64,000 nt of DNA from NCBI GenBank assembly GCA_045863235.1, contig BTUM01000014.1:1-64000 (forward strand), read 5' to 3'. Under the pieces are notes generated by a model. It did no database searches. It was given only the letters and a program-made list of their open reading frames with translations, and was not told the DNA's origin. The stretch's first letter is position 1. Each line of letters opens with the position of its first letter. Below are positions 11,646 through 22,071 of the stretch, in pieces. The DNA comes from Candidatus Xenobia bacterium (lineage in GTDB: Bacteria > Vulcanimicrobiota > Xenobia > Xenobiales > QWHO01). The position numbers were made by a program, and so were the translations under genes.

Positions 11646-13454
11646 CTAACGCCCGATCCAGGTCTCCACCGCGACGGTGGGGCCAGCCGCCGAGCCGATG
11701 GGATTGGTGAACAGGCTCTCTACATAGGTCACCCGGGTGCCGTTGGCCAGATAGATGTCGCCGGGCTTGACCGTCTTGCCGTTGATGGTGGCCGAGGGGA
11801 GCGAAGAATCGCCCTGGGTCAGGACGGCTCCCAGCACGTTCACCTCATGGGCGGCGTAGACATAGCCGTTGGTGTAGATCATTCCCTGGAAGTAGGAAGT
11901 CCCCAGCTTGTCGTAGTCGATCTGGTTGGTCAGGTTCACCAGCTCGGGCATGATCAAGTCATAACCGCCGTCGATGGCGGCATCGAAGATTCCGATATAG
12001 GCGTTGCTGCCGGTCTGCCAGGCCCCGGACTGCCATTCGGTCACAACCTGGGCGGCGGTGATGGTGGCCGGGTTGACCCCGTTCTCCGGGCCCCAGTTGA
12101 CGTAGACATCCTTCAGGCCCAGGAACTTCTTGGACAGAAAGTCGCGGGCGCTGCTGGGAGGCTGGGCCTGAATGGTGGTGGCCAGGCGCCCCATCAGGTC
12201 ATTGTTGTAGCCCTTCCAGAGACCGGAACCGGACGGGTAACCCAGAGTGCGGCGCTGCGAATCGAGGTCGTTCTTCAAAGCCCCGGCACCGACCATGTCC
12301 GTGTTGGCGGCCGCCGAGGCCATGGTGGCCTGCATGTCCATGATGGTGCCCTGGGCCTGGGCCCAGTTGGTGGCGAAAGTCGGATCGCTGGAGGCCAGCG
12401 AGTTGAGAAAGAGGTTGCCATCGAACCCGGTCAGGGAAACGTTGCCGCGGCTGTAGAGAGCGATGTTGTCGTTGCCGGCGATCTGAGAGTCGCCCTTGAG
12501 GGCCGTCTCTCCGCTGACATACACCGAGCCCGTGCCGGTAATCGAGCCGTTGACGGTCAGATTGCCGTCGATGTAGAGGTTGGTGCCGTCAAGCTTCAGG
12601 TCACCGTTGAGCACCACATCCCCGCTGTTGTAGAAGTCGCCGCCGCCCAGCGCCGAGGTGCCCATCGGGTTCAGCGCCGGGGAAGGGGCGGCGCTCTTGG
12701 AGGACACCGTTCCGGCGATATTGATGTTCGGGAAGGGAGCCGGGGCCTTTCCATCCTGGGTCCCGCCCTGCGGGGTGTAGCCGGCCAGGTCGATGGCCGA
12801 GGCCCCGCTGGCAACCGACGAAACCATGCCGGTAATGAGGGCCGAGCCCGCCATGGGGTCCCACTTGACGGCCGTACCAGAGCTGGCATTGCTGTGAACG
12901 CTGCCCGGAACCGGGGTGGCGTCATTGAGTGCCTTCACGCCGTCGATCTTGACGTTGCCTTCCATCACCAGGGCGCCCGAAGTCTGGATGGCGTTGGTCA
13001 GGTTGATCGGTCCACCCCCGCGGGTGATGACCGCCTCCAGAACCCGCTCGATCCCGCCTGCCCTGGCCCGAACGATAATCAGAGCAGAACTGGGGGGAAC
13101 GGTGGCGGGGCCCCGATAGCTCTCGGCCCAACCGTTGGGGTTGGTCAGGTTGTTCACTGAATCCAGGTCGGTGTAGGGGGGCCCGGCCGCGAACTGAACG
13201 TCCCAGGTTCCCCCGGAGGGCAACGTGCCGCTGAGAGGTCCGGGAAGATTAAAGTTGGCCGCCTCCAGCGCCTCCATGGTGTCGGCCAGCCCCGCCTCGG
13301 CCGTGTACAGCGACTGGGTGCGCCGCTGGTGGTTCATGCTCGAGAAGAGCCCCCCACGGGCTGAAAGATACAGCGAGATGACCATCATCAAAAGGATGCT
13401 GGTCAGAGTCAGCACGCTGATCAGGGCCATTCCGCGTCGTGATGACACTCTCAT
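11646..13454 (-). CDS. PilX-like N-terminal domain protein with a large beta-rich C-terminal region
   Basis: 'RRG|MALISVL...SLYTAEAGL' PilX/GspK-type N-terminus lacking E5; in an operon with two prepilins. Confidence 0.75.
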   Translation of the reverse strand: MRVSSRRGMALISVLTLTSILLMMVISLYLSARGGLFSSMNHQRRTQSLYTAEAGLADTMEALEAANFNLPGPLSGTLPSGGTWDVQFAAGPPYTDLDSVNNLTNPNGWAESYRGPATVPPSSALIIVRARAGGIERVLEAVITRGGGPINLTNAIQTSGALVMEGNVKIDGVKALNDATPVPGSVHSNASSGTAVKWDPMAGSALITGMVSSVASGASAIDLAGYTPQGGTQDGKAPAPFPNINIAGTVSSKSAAPSPALNPMGTSALGGGDFYNSGDVVLNGDLKLDGTNLYIDGNLTVNGSITGTGSVYVSGETALKGDSQIAGNDNIALYSRGNVSLTGFDGNLFLNSLASSDPTFATNWAQAQGTIMDMQATMASAAANTDMVGAGALKNDLDSQRRTLGYPSGSGLWKGYNNDLMGRLATTIQAQPPSSARDFLSKKFLGLKDVYVNWGPENGVNPATITAAQVVTEWQSGAWQTGSNAYIGIFDAAIDGGYDLIMPELVNLTNQIDYDKLGTSYFQGMIYTNGYVYAAHEVNVLGAVLTQGDSSLPSATINGKTVKPGDIYLANGTRVTYVESLFTNPIGSAAGPTVAVETWIGR

Positions 13455-13559
13455 GACCTCCCCTGGTCCCCCTCCCAAGGATATAGCACCATATCCCTGG
13501 GTTTCCAAGGCTAGATCGGATTGGATACACGAACAAACTACCTGGTATAATCTACCCGC

Positions 13560-14957
13560 TCAGTCCACCGGAAGGCCGCTGGGCACGCTCGCAGGAGCCG
13601 CAGGCAACGGAGCGGGATCGGTCAGCGAGCGCAGGAACTCCACCAGGTCGGCCACCTCTCCGTCATTGAGCGGGTTGGGCTGGCGCAGGACGGGGTCGAG
13701 GCTCTCGAGCAACCCGGCCGCGATCGACTCCTGATTGTGGACCTGCCCCTGCAGCCTGGCCTCGAGCTGGCCCGGGTCGTAGGCTTGCAGGGCCCGAGCC
13801 GGGTTGATGTAGTGCCGCACGACCGCCTCCAGGCTGGTGTAGGCCCCGGAGTGGGTCCAGGGGCCGGTGAGGGCCACGTTGCGCAGGGGAGGGGTGCGAA
13901 AGGCGAAGCGGTCGGCCGCCAGCCCCGTTTCGCGAGCGCGCCCGAAGTCGAGGGGAGCCTCGTCCCCCTTGCCCGGGCCGACCTGGGGAGCAGCGATGCT
14001 ATGGAAGCTGAAGTCACTGAGCAGCCCTCCCCGGTGGCAGACCGAGCAGCGAGCCGTCCCGAAGAAGAGCAGGGCTCCGCGTTTCTGAGCCTCGGTCAGG
14101 GCGGCGTTGTCACCCGCGAGATAGCGGTCGAACGGGGAGCCGAGGCGGCTGAGCTGGCTGGACTCAAAGGCCGCGATGGCATTGGCCGCGTGCTGAAAGC
14201 CGATCTGGTCAGGGGGCACCTCGGGGAAGGCGGACTGAAACAGGCTCACATACTGGGAATTGGCCTTCAAGCGGGCAGCCAGGGCATTCCAGATTCCGGC
14301 GAAGTCGTCATCGCCCAGAGCGGCCAGCTCGTTGACCGAGCCGTCCACGGCCAGGTCACCCGGCTGGCCGCGCATCTCATCGCGCGAGGTGACCGGGAAC
14401 ATGGCCTGAGCCGCCAGCGCACCCGTCAGGCCAGCCGGAAGCTGAGCCCCGGCCGGGGTCTGGAGGCCGGCGGCGCGGTTGCCGCTGACCCGTCCGTCCC
14501 AGAAGAGAACCTCAACCTGCGACAGGTTGAAGAGGGCGTTGGCATTGCGGGGAATGAAGGTCTTGCCCGGGCCCAGCGTGCGCCCCGGCCCGAGCCCCGA
14601 GCCTCCGGTGCCGATGGACAGGCTCAGGCCGTCCCCGGTCTCGAGGCGGGGATGGTGGCAGGTGGCGCAGGCGATGTCCTGGTTGCCGCTGAGCAGCTTG
14701 TCGAACATGAGAGCCTGGCCCAGGGCGACGCGGGCCGGGTCGGCGGCCGGGACGATGACCGGACCCACGCCGGCAGCCGTCAGGGCGGTCCGGAGCGGGG
14801 TATCCAGGTCGGCCGGAGCAGGGGGGGCTGGCTCCACCACCGGCTGAGGGGGATCAGTCGGAGGGGCCGGGTCGGTCGAGGCGGCAGGCGAGCTGGTGCT
14901 TCCCCCGCCACAGGCGAGGCACAAGAGCAGGGCACAGGCGGCAATCTGGTTTCTCAC
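13560..14957 (-). CDS. Di-heme cytochrome c peroxidase/MauG-family lipoprotein
   Basis: Lipobox LAC, two heme motifs (CATCH, CSVCH), 'LFWDGR' and 'FRTPPLRNVALTGPWTHSG'. Confidence 0.92.
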   Translation of the reverse strand: MRNQIAACALLLCLACGGGSTSSPAASTDPAPPTDPPQPVVEPAPPAPADLDTPLRTALTAAGVGPVIVPAADPARVALGQALMFDKLLSGNQDIACATCHHPRLETGDGLSLSIGTGGSGLGPGRTLGPGKTFIPRNANALFNLSQVEVLFWDGRVSGNRAAGLQTPAGAQLPAGLTGALAAQAMFPVTSRDEMRGQPGDLAVDGSVNELAALGDDDFAGIWNALAARLKANSQYVSLFQSAFPEVPPDQIGFQHAANAIAAFESSQLSRLGSPFDRYLAGDNAALTEAQKRGALLFFGTARCSVCHRGGLLSDFSFHSIAAPQVGPGKGDEAPLDFGRARETGLAADRFAFRTPPLRNVALTGPWTHSGAYTSLEAVVRHYINPARALQAYDPGQLEARLQGQVHNQESIAAGLLESLDPVLRQPNPLNDGEVADLVEFLRSLTDPAPLPAAPASVPSGLPVD

Positions 14958-15014
14958 AGGCCGATCCTACCAGCCGAGGGTGTTGGAAGGTCGGGCGATC
15001 GTGTCGAAAGTGTA

Positions 15015-15350
15015 TCACCACCAGGGGCCCCACCAGCCATTGGGGCCTGGCCAGTAGTTCGGGGCGAAGGGCGTGGGATACCGTCCGTAGAGATAGAGCC
15101 AGCCCGGATCTTCCCAGGGGTCGTACCACAGCCAGTTGGGATAGACGGTGTAGCTGGGAGGCTCGTTGCGAGAAAGGGTGGGCGTCAGCTCGACTTCCTG
15201 AGACGGTGGGTTCTGCAGGTGCAGCTCGCCGCTTGGGTCCATGTAGACGCGGATCTCATCAGCCGGAAACTCGACCGGAGTCTCGTCCGCGGGCTGGGCG
15301 TCCACGGGGACGGCCAGGAGCAGAGCCAGCAGCAGCTTCGCGAGCATCAC
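15015..15350 (-). CDS. Small secreted hypothetical protein with a Trp/Tyr/Pro-rich C-terminus
   Basis: Signal peptide; TATAAT lies 6 nt upstream of the GTG start. Confidence 0.65.
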   Translation of the reverse strand: MMLAKLLLALLLAVPVDAQPADETPVEFPADEIRVYMDPSGELHLQNPPSQEVELTPTLSRNEPPSYTVYPNWLWYDPWEDPGWLYLYGRYPTPFAPNYWPGPNGWWGPWW

Positions 15351-15461
15351 GTCGTGATTATACCACCCCCGCACAGGTGGCGGACTGATGCAAAGCAGGT
15401 TCCGTCAGATCAGCGACGACAGGAGCGGTCGAACGAGCGGGCGGCGACGGTCGAAGGCATC

Positions 15462-15935
15462 TCAGAGCTCGCGAAACATCACCAGTGCATCCACGCGGCC
15501 CAGCTGGGGATGGCGGAAGGCGCCCGACAAGCGGCCCACTGTAGCGAAGCCCAGGCTCTCCCAGAGTCGAATTGCGCTGGTGTTGGTGCTCACCACCAGG
15601 TTGAACTGCATGGAGAGAAAGCCGAGCTGGCTCGCCAGCTCGAGCGAGTGCTGGCCCAGCCGCTGGCCGACCTGCCGGCCCCGGGCTCGCTCGGACACAG
15701 CGTAAAACGCGTTGGCCACGTGGTCGGAGCGACCCGGGAAGTTGGCTTTGATCCCATAGCTTCCCAGCAGGCGGCCTTCCTCCTCGGCCACCCGAAGCGT
15801 GCAGCCGGGGCCCAGCCAGGCCTGCTCGAAGGCGGCCAGGTCGGTGTAAGCAAAGGTGGTGCCCTCCTCGATGACCTGCTGCAACAGAACGCGCCAGGCC
15901 CCCAGGTCGCGAGGCTCGAGAGGGCGGATCAGCAT
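15462..15935 (-). CDS. GNAT family N-acetyltransferase
   Basis: Start MLIRPLEPRD; acetyl-CoA motif 'ARGRQVGQRL'; 'FNLVVSTNTSAIRLWESLGF'. Confidence 0.9.
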   Translation of the reverse strand: MLIRPLEPRDLGAWRVLLQQVIEEGTTFAYTDLAAFEQAWLGPGCTLRVAEEEGRLLGSYGIKANFPGRSDHVANAFYAVSERARGRQVGQRLGQHSLELASQLGFLSMQFNLVVSTNTSAIRLWESLGFATVGRLSGAFRHPQLGRVDALVMFREL

Positions 15936-15989
15936 AGGCGTGGCTTCACCGGGAAGGTATGGGACCCTGCAGACGGAAGCAGCCTCCCC

Positions 15990-16673
15990 ATGCGCAAGAT
16001 GCTTCTGACCGCCCTCATCCTCGCCACCACGGCCCTGGCCCAGACCCCTTTCAGCACCTTCGACTGCGCCATTTACGGCACCAAGGTCGAACTCGACGAG
16101 CAGTCCTCGGTGGACGTGTGGAACGCGCCCTCCAAGAGCGAGAAGAAGGACGGCCTGGTGGTGCAGGGCACCGAGGGCCGCATCCCGGTGCAGTCGCCCA
16201 GCGTCTTGAGCCCGAGCGGGCCGAGCCACAACCTGAAGAAGAGCGAGGAGTTGCAGCTTCGGCCGGGCAGCTACACGCGCCTGGAGGGCTACAATTCAGC
16301 CCGATTCCTGCTCGCTCCCGGGGTCTACCGCATCAACTCGATCGAGCTTCACAACTCAGCCTCCATCGACCTGGATGGCCCGGTGGTGCTCTACCTGGGT
16401 AAAAGCCTTACCCTGCGCAATTCAGGCGGCCTGAACGAGCGCGGGCGTCCGGCCGACCTCGAAGTCTACCAGGCCGAGCCCCACCGGCCGGTGGAGGTGC
16501 AGGTGCTCAACTCGGCCCGGGCCCACATGGCTTTCTGCGGGCCCACCGCCAAGATCTTCATCAAGAACAGCGGCCAGGTCTACGGCTCGCTTTTAGCCCA
16601 GCAAGTGGTGCTGAGCCAGCAGGGCGCGGTGCACTATGACCCGGGCCTCAAGTCGGTGAAGATCCGCAAGTAA
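15990..16673 (+). CDS. Secreted beta-solenoid-like hypothetical protein
   Basis: Signal peptide MRKMLLTALILATTALAQ; repeated 'l.l.NSa' strands and 'GQVYGSLLAQ...VHYDP'. This is the real part of the spurious 978-aa ORF. Confidence 0.7.
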   Translation: MRKMLLTALILATTALAQTPFSTFDCAIYGTKVELDEQSSVDVWNAPSKSEKKDGLVVQGTEGRIPVQSPSVLSPSGPSHNLKKSEELQLRPGSYTRLEGYNSARFLLAPGVYRINSIELHNSASIDLDGPVVLYLGKSLTLRNSGGLNERGRPADLEVYQAEPHRPVEVQVLNSARAHMAFCGPTAKIFIKNSGQVYGSLLAQQVVLSQQGAVHYDPGLKSVKIRK

Positions 16674-16725
16674 AGGGCCAGGCCTCTGGTCTTGCACTTA
16701 CGTGCTTCCGGCACGTTCGTCAGAT
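16671..16725. repeat. REP-like palindromic repeat (degenerate)
   Basis: TAAAGGGCCAGGCC..TGGTCTTGCACTTA ... CGTTCGTCAGAT, colinear with the copy at 48225. Confidence 0.65.
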
Positions 16726-16729
16726 CCGG

Positions 16730-17218
16730 CTACTGGGGCGAGCAGACTCGCCTGGCTTTCGCGGCGATCTCCTCGGGGCTGAGGCGTTTGACGGCTCCGA
16801 ACAGGTTCCAAAGCCTGGTCTTCATCCGCCACTCGAAGACCAGCTTGCCATCAGAGGTCCACATCAACACGGAGGGCTGCAAGAAGGCCTTCCTGGGGTA
16901 GCGCAGGGCCTGCGGGTGCTTGCCAAAAGTCGGGACCTTCAAGCTCTGGGCCAGCGTAAGCTGCGGGTCGCTCAGGATCGGGAACGTGAGCGAGAGCTGC
17001 TCGCGAAAGCGCGCGCTGACCTCAGGCGGGTCGGCGCTGACAGCCAGGAGCCTCACCGAGGGCGGCTCGAGCTTCTGGGCCTGGAGGCTCTGCACGAAAG
17101 CCTTGCAGAAGGGTCACCAGTGGCCTCGAAAGCTGGTCAGCACGGTCAGGCCGGTGCCGGGCGGCGGGGGCAGCACCTGCACCGGCGTGCCGGTGTGATC
17201 GGGCAAGGTCAGTTCCAT
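16730..17218 (-). CDS. Peroxiredoxin-like (AhpC/TSA, redoxin) selenoprotein with a UxxC motif
   Basis: ATG at 17218 reads MELTLPDHTG...SFRGHW-TGA-PFC. The in-frame TGA (17116-17114) occupies the first Cys position of CxxC, and the frame continues into the 16730..17095 ORF (LAVSAD, FPILSDP). Confidence 0.85.
17085..17103 (-). promoter_or_regulatory. Candidate bacterial SECIS hairpin
   Basis: AGGCUUU-CGUGC-AGAGCCU. The apical loop starts 18 nt after the UGA and has GU at loop positions 2-3. Confidence 0.55.
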
Positions 17219-17347
17219 AAGGGGCAAGTTAGCGATGGATGAGCCCTCCCCTCCCCCGATACTTCAGTGAAACAGGCGGCCGGCAAGCTTAGGGACTTGA
17301 GCGCCCCCTTCTGGCGCGGCTCGTCCCAGCGACCCTCGGTGATGAGC

Positions 17348-18890
17348 TCAGTTCGACTGCCCGTTGTTGGTGAACGAGAGTTGCTCCGGTGAGAACAGGT
17401 AATTCCCGGCTAACTCGGCGCCCAGACACGGGATGGGAAAGGCCAGCCGGAGGGCATCGGGGAAGAGCTGGCGCTGGACCGGGCTGGCTAACTGCCAGAG
17501 CGAGCGCGCGCCCTGAGCGCCACCCTGGAAGTTCACCACCAGGTGGGCCGAGCTCGAGGCCTCGTGACCGGTGATGTCTCGGGCGGTAACCACCATCACA
17601 TAGCTTCCGTTGGCCACCCGCTGGCCGCTGGCATCTGTTCCGTCCCACACCAGCTCGAGTTGCCCCGTTCGGGGCTGGCAGACCCTGCACCGTTAGCACC
17701 GCAGGGCCCTGGTGCGATCCACCCTGGCCGTCCCGATAGATGGAGTAGCTGAGGCTGCTGGGTGGACTGGTGGCGGTTGCCCGCACCCTGGCCAGCTCGT
17801 TCTTGTGGGGCTTGACATGCTTGGAGAGCACGTCAAGCTCCACGCTCAACGGCTGGGAGGGCGGTACCACGAAGCTCCAGGTGGTGACCGTTTTGTTGCT
17901 GGGACTGACCACGGTGCCGTGATCGCCCACGGTCAAGGTGGCCGAGTGGGCTCCGGGCGCGAGGCCGGGTGGCAACGGGTAGCGGATTGTCAGGATCTCA
18001 AAGTGCGGCCGGGTCGGGTCGAGAGTCAGGTCGGTATCATAAAGAAGCTGGTTGGTGACGTCTTGTCCGTCGACCAGGAGCTGGATCTCCTCGATGTCGA
18101 TCTGCTGCTGCCACATGTTGCCGTCTCCCGCCCGGATGATGAGCGATCCGCTGGCGGTATCCCCGGGGCCCGGCTGGAGCGAAAGGATGACCGGCGGAAC
18201 GTGCTCGGGCTCCATTCCCTGGTTTTGCGGGGGTACTCCGGGTAAGTCCATCATGAGCTCAACCAGAACGCGCTTCTGTTCGCTGCCATCGGTCCGGGGG
18301 AAGGCGCGGCGAAGAAAGCGAGTGGTGTTGAGGAGCTCGGGTGGGGGTGCGGCGCGACTCACCAACATGAGAGAATAAGCTTTGCAGGCGTACCAGCGGT
18401 AGTATCGCGGCAGGGAGTCCTCAGTGAAGCTTGGGTCGACCTGGCCCGAGGCCACCTGCTCGAGCGAGGGAGCGCCGATCTCTGTCAGCACCTGGTTGGT
18501 CGCCTCGCGATAGGAAAGTCCGCTACGGTCTTGCAGCTGGTCCCTGCGGGCAATGAACCAGTAACTCGAGTTCGGGAACCGCGCCACCACCTGATCGGTC
18601 TCCATCCGGGCCCGGTCGTTCTGCTTGAGGCGGTACCAGATATCGGCGATGCAGATCCGGGCCGTGGCCTCGTACCCGGTGTTGGGGTGATCGGCTGCGA
18701 TCTGCTCGTACCTGACGAGCGCCTTATCCCACTCGTAGTTCTCGTAGAAGGCGTTGGCGCTGGCGAAGATGGGCTCGCGAATCAGGGGGCCGAAGTCGGA
18801 GTCGTAATCGGTCGTCTCGGGGAGCTGCCCCCAGACCGGCCGGGTCAGGCTCGCGAGTAGCAAGAGCGCGAGCAGGAGTCTAGATCGCAT
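17348..18890 (-). pseudogene. Secreted TPR + Ig/FlgD-Ig domain protein with an apparent +1 frameshift at about 17663-17666
   Basis: Signal peptide MRSRLLLALL and a BamD/YbgF-like TPR. Removing one G from a GGGG run joins the frame to 'NGQLELVWDGTDASGQRVANGSYVMVVTARD', a FlgD-Ig motif. Could be a sequencing error. Confidence 0.7.
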
Positions 18891-21467
18891 TGACGTCTCC
18901 CTTCTTGGCGTTGGGCAGCTTTCTGAGCAGCTCTTTTCCAAACGGACTTACTGGGATGTCATCGAACAGTTTCGATCCAATGGAAGTCCAGTAGAGCCGG
19001 TAGACTCTGTAGACCGCGCGATCTGTGTTGCGGGCATCGGAATCCTTCCAATTTGTAGTGAACTTAATAAAGTAGTAGTAATCATTCTCCAACGCGCAGG
19101 CATCGTCGCAGGCGCGGTCCGCATTGGAGGCGTTGGCGAGCAGCCAGGCCATTGGCCGGGTCAGACCAACGATGGGATTCCCGTTGCGGTCCTCGCGCTG
19201 GCCTGCAAGGAACTTTTGATAATCGATCAGGATCTTTGTGTCGGTGTTAATCTCATCAAGAGGGAACGGATAGAGCGGGTGCGGGGCGCCCCCAAAGGGA
19301 GCTTTGGCGTTGTAGCCCAGCAGCAGCGACCCGGGGGTGACGGACTCGTAGAAAGCGCGACCCGGAGCGGGATTCGCCGTGCCAAAACCGCGGTAGTCGT
19401 TGAAATTGCCCACGTCCAGGACCGAGCAGCCCGCCAGGATGACGGTCTTGAGCCCGTCATTCCAGTCGTCCGGGCTGAAGGTGACGCTCTTGTAGTCCGC
19501 ATGTTCCGGGTCTGGAAAGGGCAAAAAGCTCCCGTTCTGCGGACGGACGAAGACCCTTGCAAAGTCGAGACGTATTCCATAGTCGTGGTATCCCTCCCCG
19601 CTGTAATAGAGACTGGTGGCCTGGTTCTTCAGTCTCAGCCAGCATCGTCTGGGCGGGCGTGAACCCTGCGGGTAGGTGACGAGCAGGGTCTGGTAGCCCG
19701 CAGCCCGGAAGGCGTCCGCCGAGCATGGAGCATCATACTGGAATTGTTTTCGCCGAGCGGCGCCCATCGTGTCGGCCGAGTCGCGCGCCCAACCATACTG
19801 ATTTTCGCGCAACGCGAGCCGCCAGCTTTGATATTCTTGAGAGTCTTGCAGATGCACCCCGTCACCGGACATATCGAAAAGGGTGAAGCTGTCACGCTTT
19901 TCCTCGAGGAAGATTTTGTTCTGCGTACCCGGAACGGGGGTGCCGACGACCAGAGCCAGGGTGCCCTCGAAGGTGGACAGCCCTCTGGAGGTGCCGGTTT
20001 TATGGAGCACAACGTTGGCCCTACCGTCCGTCTGGCTGCTCGATAGTGTGGCCTCGACCTCGACTGTCTGGAGTTGGCCAGGAACCTTCTTCAACCGAAC
20101 CGTGACCTGCTTGGATTGGCCAGCTCCGCGCAGGAGAAAGCTGTTGTTCGGTTTGTCCAGGCTCAGCTCGACTTCGGCCAGTGCGAGCGGGGACTCCGAG
20201 CTAACGCCTCCCCCAGCCGCCGTACCGGCTCCGCCACCGACAATCGCGGTCTCCTCGGCGGCCTCCGTGGAACTGGCGAGCAACGTCTGCGAGTCTTCGT
20301 CCTCGACCTCGAGCACTGGGGCTCCGACCGCCACGGTCGTCTCCGCGGACCCATCGAGTCGCTCCTCCGACCCGGGCAGGGAGCTGCTCACCCTCAAAGT
20401 GGCCAGGTAGACCCCTTCCTCCACCAGAGCCCCGCTTCATTTCGGCCATCCCAGAAGGTCTCGAAACGAGTCGGCTGCTGCTCCTGGATCTCTGGATCAA
20501 CGGTCAGGATGACCTGTCCGGCCAGGGTGCGCACGGGCTTCCCGTCAACCAGCCTGATCTCCAGGGTCCAGTCTGCCGCGGCCGATCCGGTCAAACCAAT
20601 CGGGGTGATATCGGCCGAGACCGTGCCTCCCTCCATTCCCGCCTCTTGTTCCTCGAAGCTGAGCGGGTTGGGGTTGATGGCCAGGCCATCGATCTGCAGC
20701 AACTGAGCAGCCCCGATCGAGTAAGGAAAACTCTTCTCAACGATGAGTCCGTCCGATGCGATTTCGGCCCGAAACTGCACGGTGTAGACCCCGTCCGGGA
20801 GGGCTCCGCCATCGGCTCCAGCCGCCTCCCAGGAGACCTCGAAGAAGTCAAGGTTGTTGGCTCCCTGGAAGATTTGATCGCCCAGGCCCGGCACCTCGAT
20901 TGTGATGCTCCAACTCACCTCGGGCGGATTCGGGAAGCCGCGGATGATGGCGTAAGGGATGAGGGTTACGGGCCCCACATGCCCGCTCTCCAGGGAGGGG
21001 GGCTCGCTGAAGAGGTAATCCAGCTCCAGGGTTTTTGTGCCGGGGACGAAGTAGTCGATGGTCTCTTCGGCCAGCACCTGAGGATGGGTGCCGTTGGGGT
21101 TGGTGAGCGCCTTCTCCCGCACCCAGACCCTGAGCGTGGCGCGGTGATTGCCGGTGGAGGGCTGGCCCTGGTCGTCGGTTCGATCCCAGGGCACCTGGAG
21201 CAGGAAGCTCTCGTCGAAGTCGAGCCAGTCGGCCTGCTCGAAGGTTCGCACTGTGGTACCCTGCTCATCGTTCTCGATCCGCAGGGTCCATTTGATCTGG
21301 GGGTCCTCGAAGAAGTAGGACTGCACCTCAGCGCGGAAGACCGAGGGGTGCTCCGGGTCGGGTGGGCTGGGCGCTCCACGGCTCCGCATTCGACCTCCTG
21401 CCCCGGAACTCGAGTTGTCCGATTCTTCGACGGCTTCCATTGAATCGCTTTCCAGGTCTTGTCGCAA
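18880..21467 (-). pseudogene. Large protein with three FlgD-Ig-like repeats and a C-terminal clan-CD-like domain, split by an apparent -1 frameshift at about 20430-20433
   Basis: Repeats 'WDRTDDQG', 'WEAAGADG...DGVY' and 'WDGRNEAG'. Adding one G gives 'WDGRNEAGALVEEGVYLATL', which joins ORFs 20394..21467 and 18880..20424. The N-terminus is unclear. Confidence 0.65.
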
Positions 21468-21772
21468 GCGGACCGACGCGCGCTATGATCTGAGAATTCA
21501 TCAGCAAGTATTGGCTGGGACGTTGAACACGTGCGCGAGCAGGTCGAGACATCGTTGGCGGCGCTGAGGGGCAAGGTCTCACTGCCTGCTCCCGGGTCTC
21601 ATCAAGGCCGAACAAGTTTTCCAAAAATGAACCGCCGGTTCAAAAATTGAAACAAGCAAGACCGCAACGGAGCGCACTCAGAGCATCGTATCGAACACGA
21701 GCCCGAGCCTTGCGCAATCGCCAACAATCTCCTCGATGAGCCGTTAAGAGTCGATGAGCGCCCGGTGATGCG

Positions 21773-21801
21773 TTGACATCAAATTTCTTTGACGCTATGA
21801 T
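21773..21801 (+). promoter_or_regulatory. sigma70-type promoter of vapBC (leaderless) with an overlapping operator-like inverted repeat
   Basis: TTGACA (21773-21778), 17 bp, TATGAT (21796-21801), 6 nt, then ATG at 21808. Inverted repeat TGATG-N6-CATCA at 21766-21781. Confidence 0.85.
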
Positions 21802-21807
21802 GTCTGC

Positions 21808-22071
21808 ATGCGGACGACCGTCAATATCGACAACGATCTGCTCGAGAAGTTGAAGCGCGAGGCTCGACGCAACCGAACGTCACTCGGCCAGACCTTGAAC
21901 AGGGTCCTGCGGATCGGGGTGGAGCGTCTCCATCCCGAGGGCCGCAGCGAGTCGTTCGTGAGCCCCACCTTTGACCTGGGCTGCCCACTGACCAGCATGG
22001 ACAAAGCCTTGCAGATGTCGGCCTGGCTCGAGGACGAGGAGACGCTCCACAAGCTGCGCCTGGGCAAGTGA
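21808..22071 (+). CDS. vapB: VapB-type antitoxin (ribbon-helix-helix)
   Basis: 'MRTTVNIDNDLLEKLK...SLGQTLNRVLRIG'; overlaps the PIN toxin start (GTGA). Confidence 0.88.
   Translation: MRTTVNIDNDLLEKLKREARRNRTSLGQTLNRVLRIGVERLHPEGRSESFVSPTFDLGCPLTSMDKALQMSAWLEDEETLHKLRLGK

Noticed and set aside
13737..16673. 978-aa + strand ORF
   Set aside because: Mostly the antisense shadow of three real minus-strand genes; only 15990-16673 looks coding.
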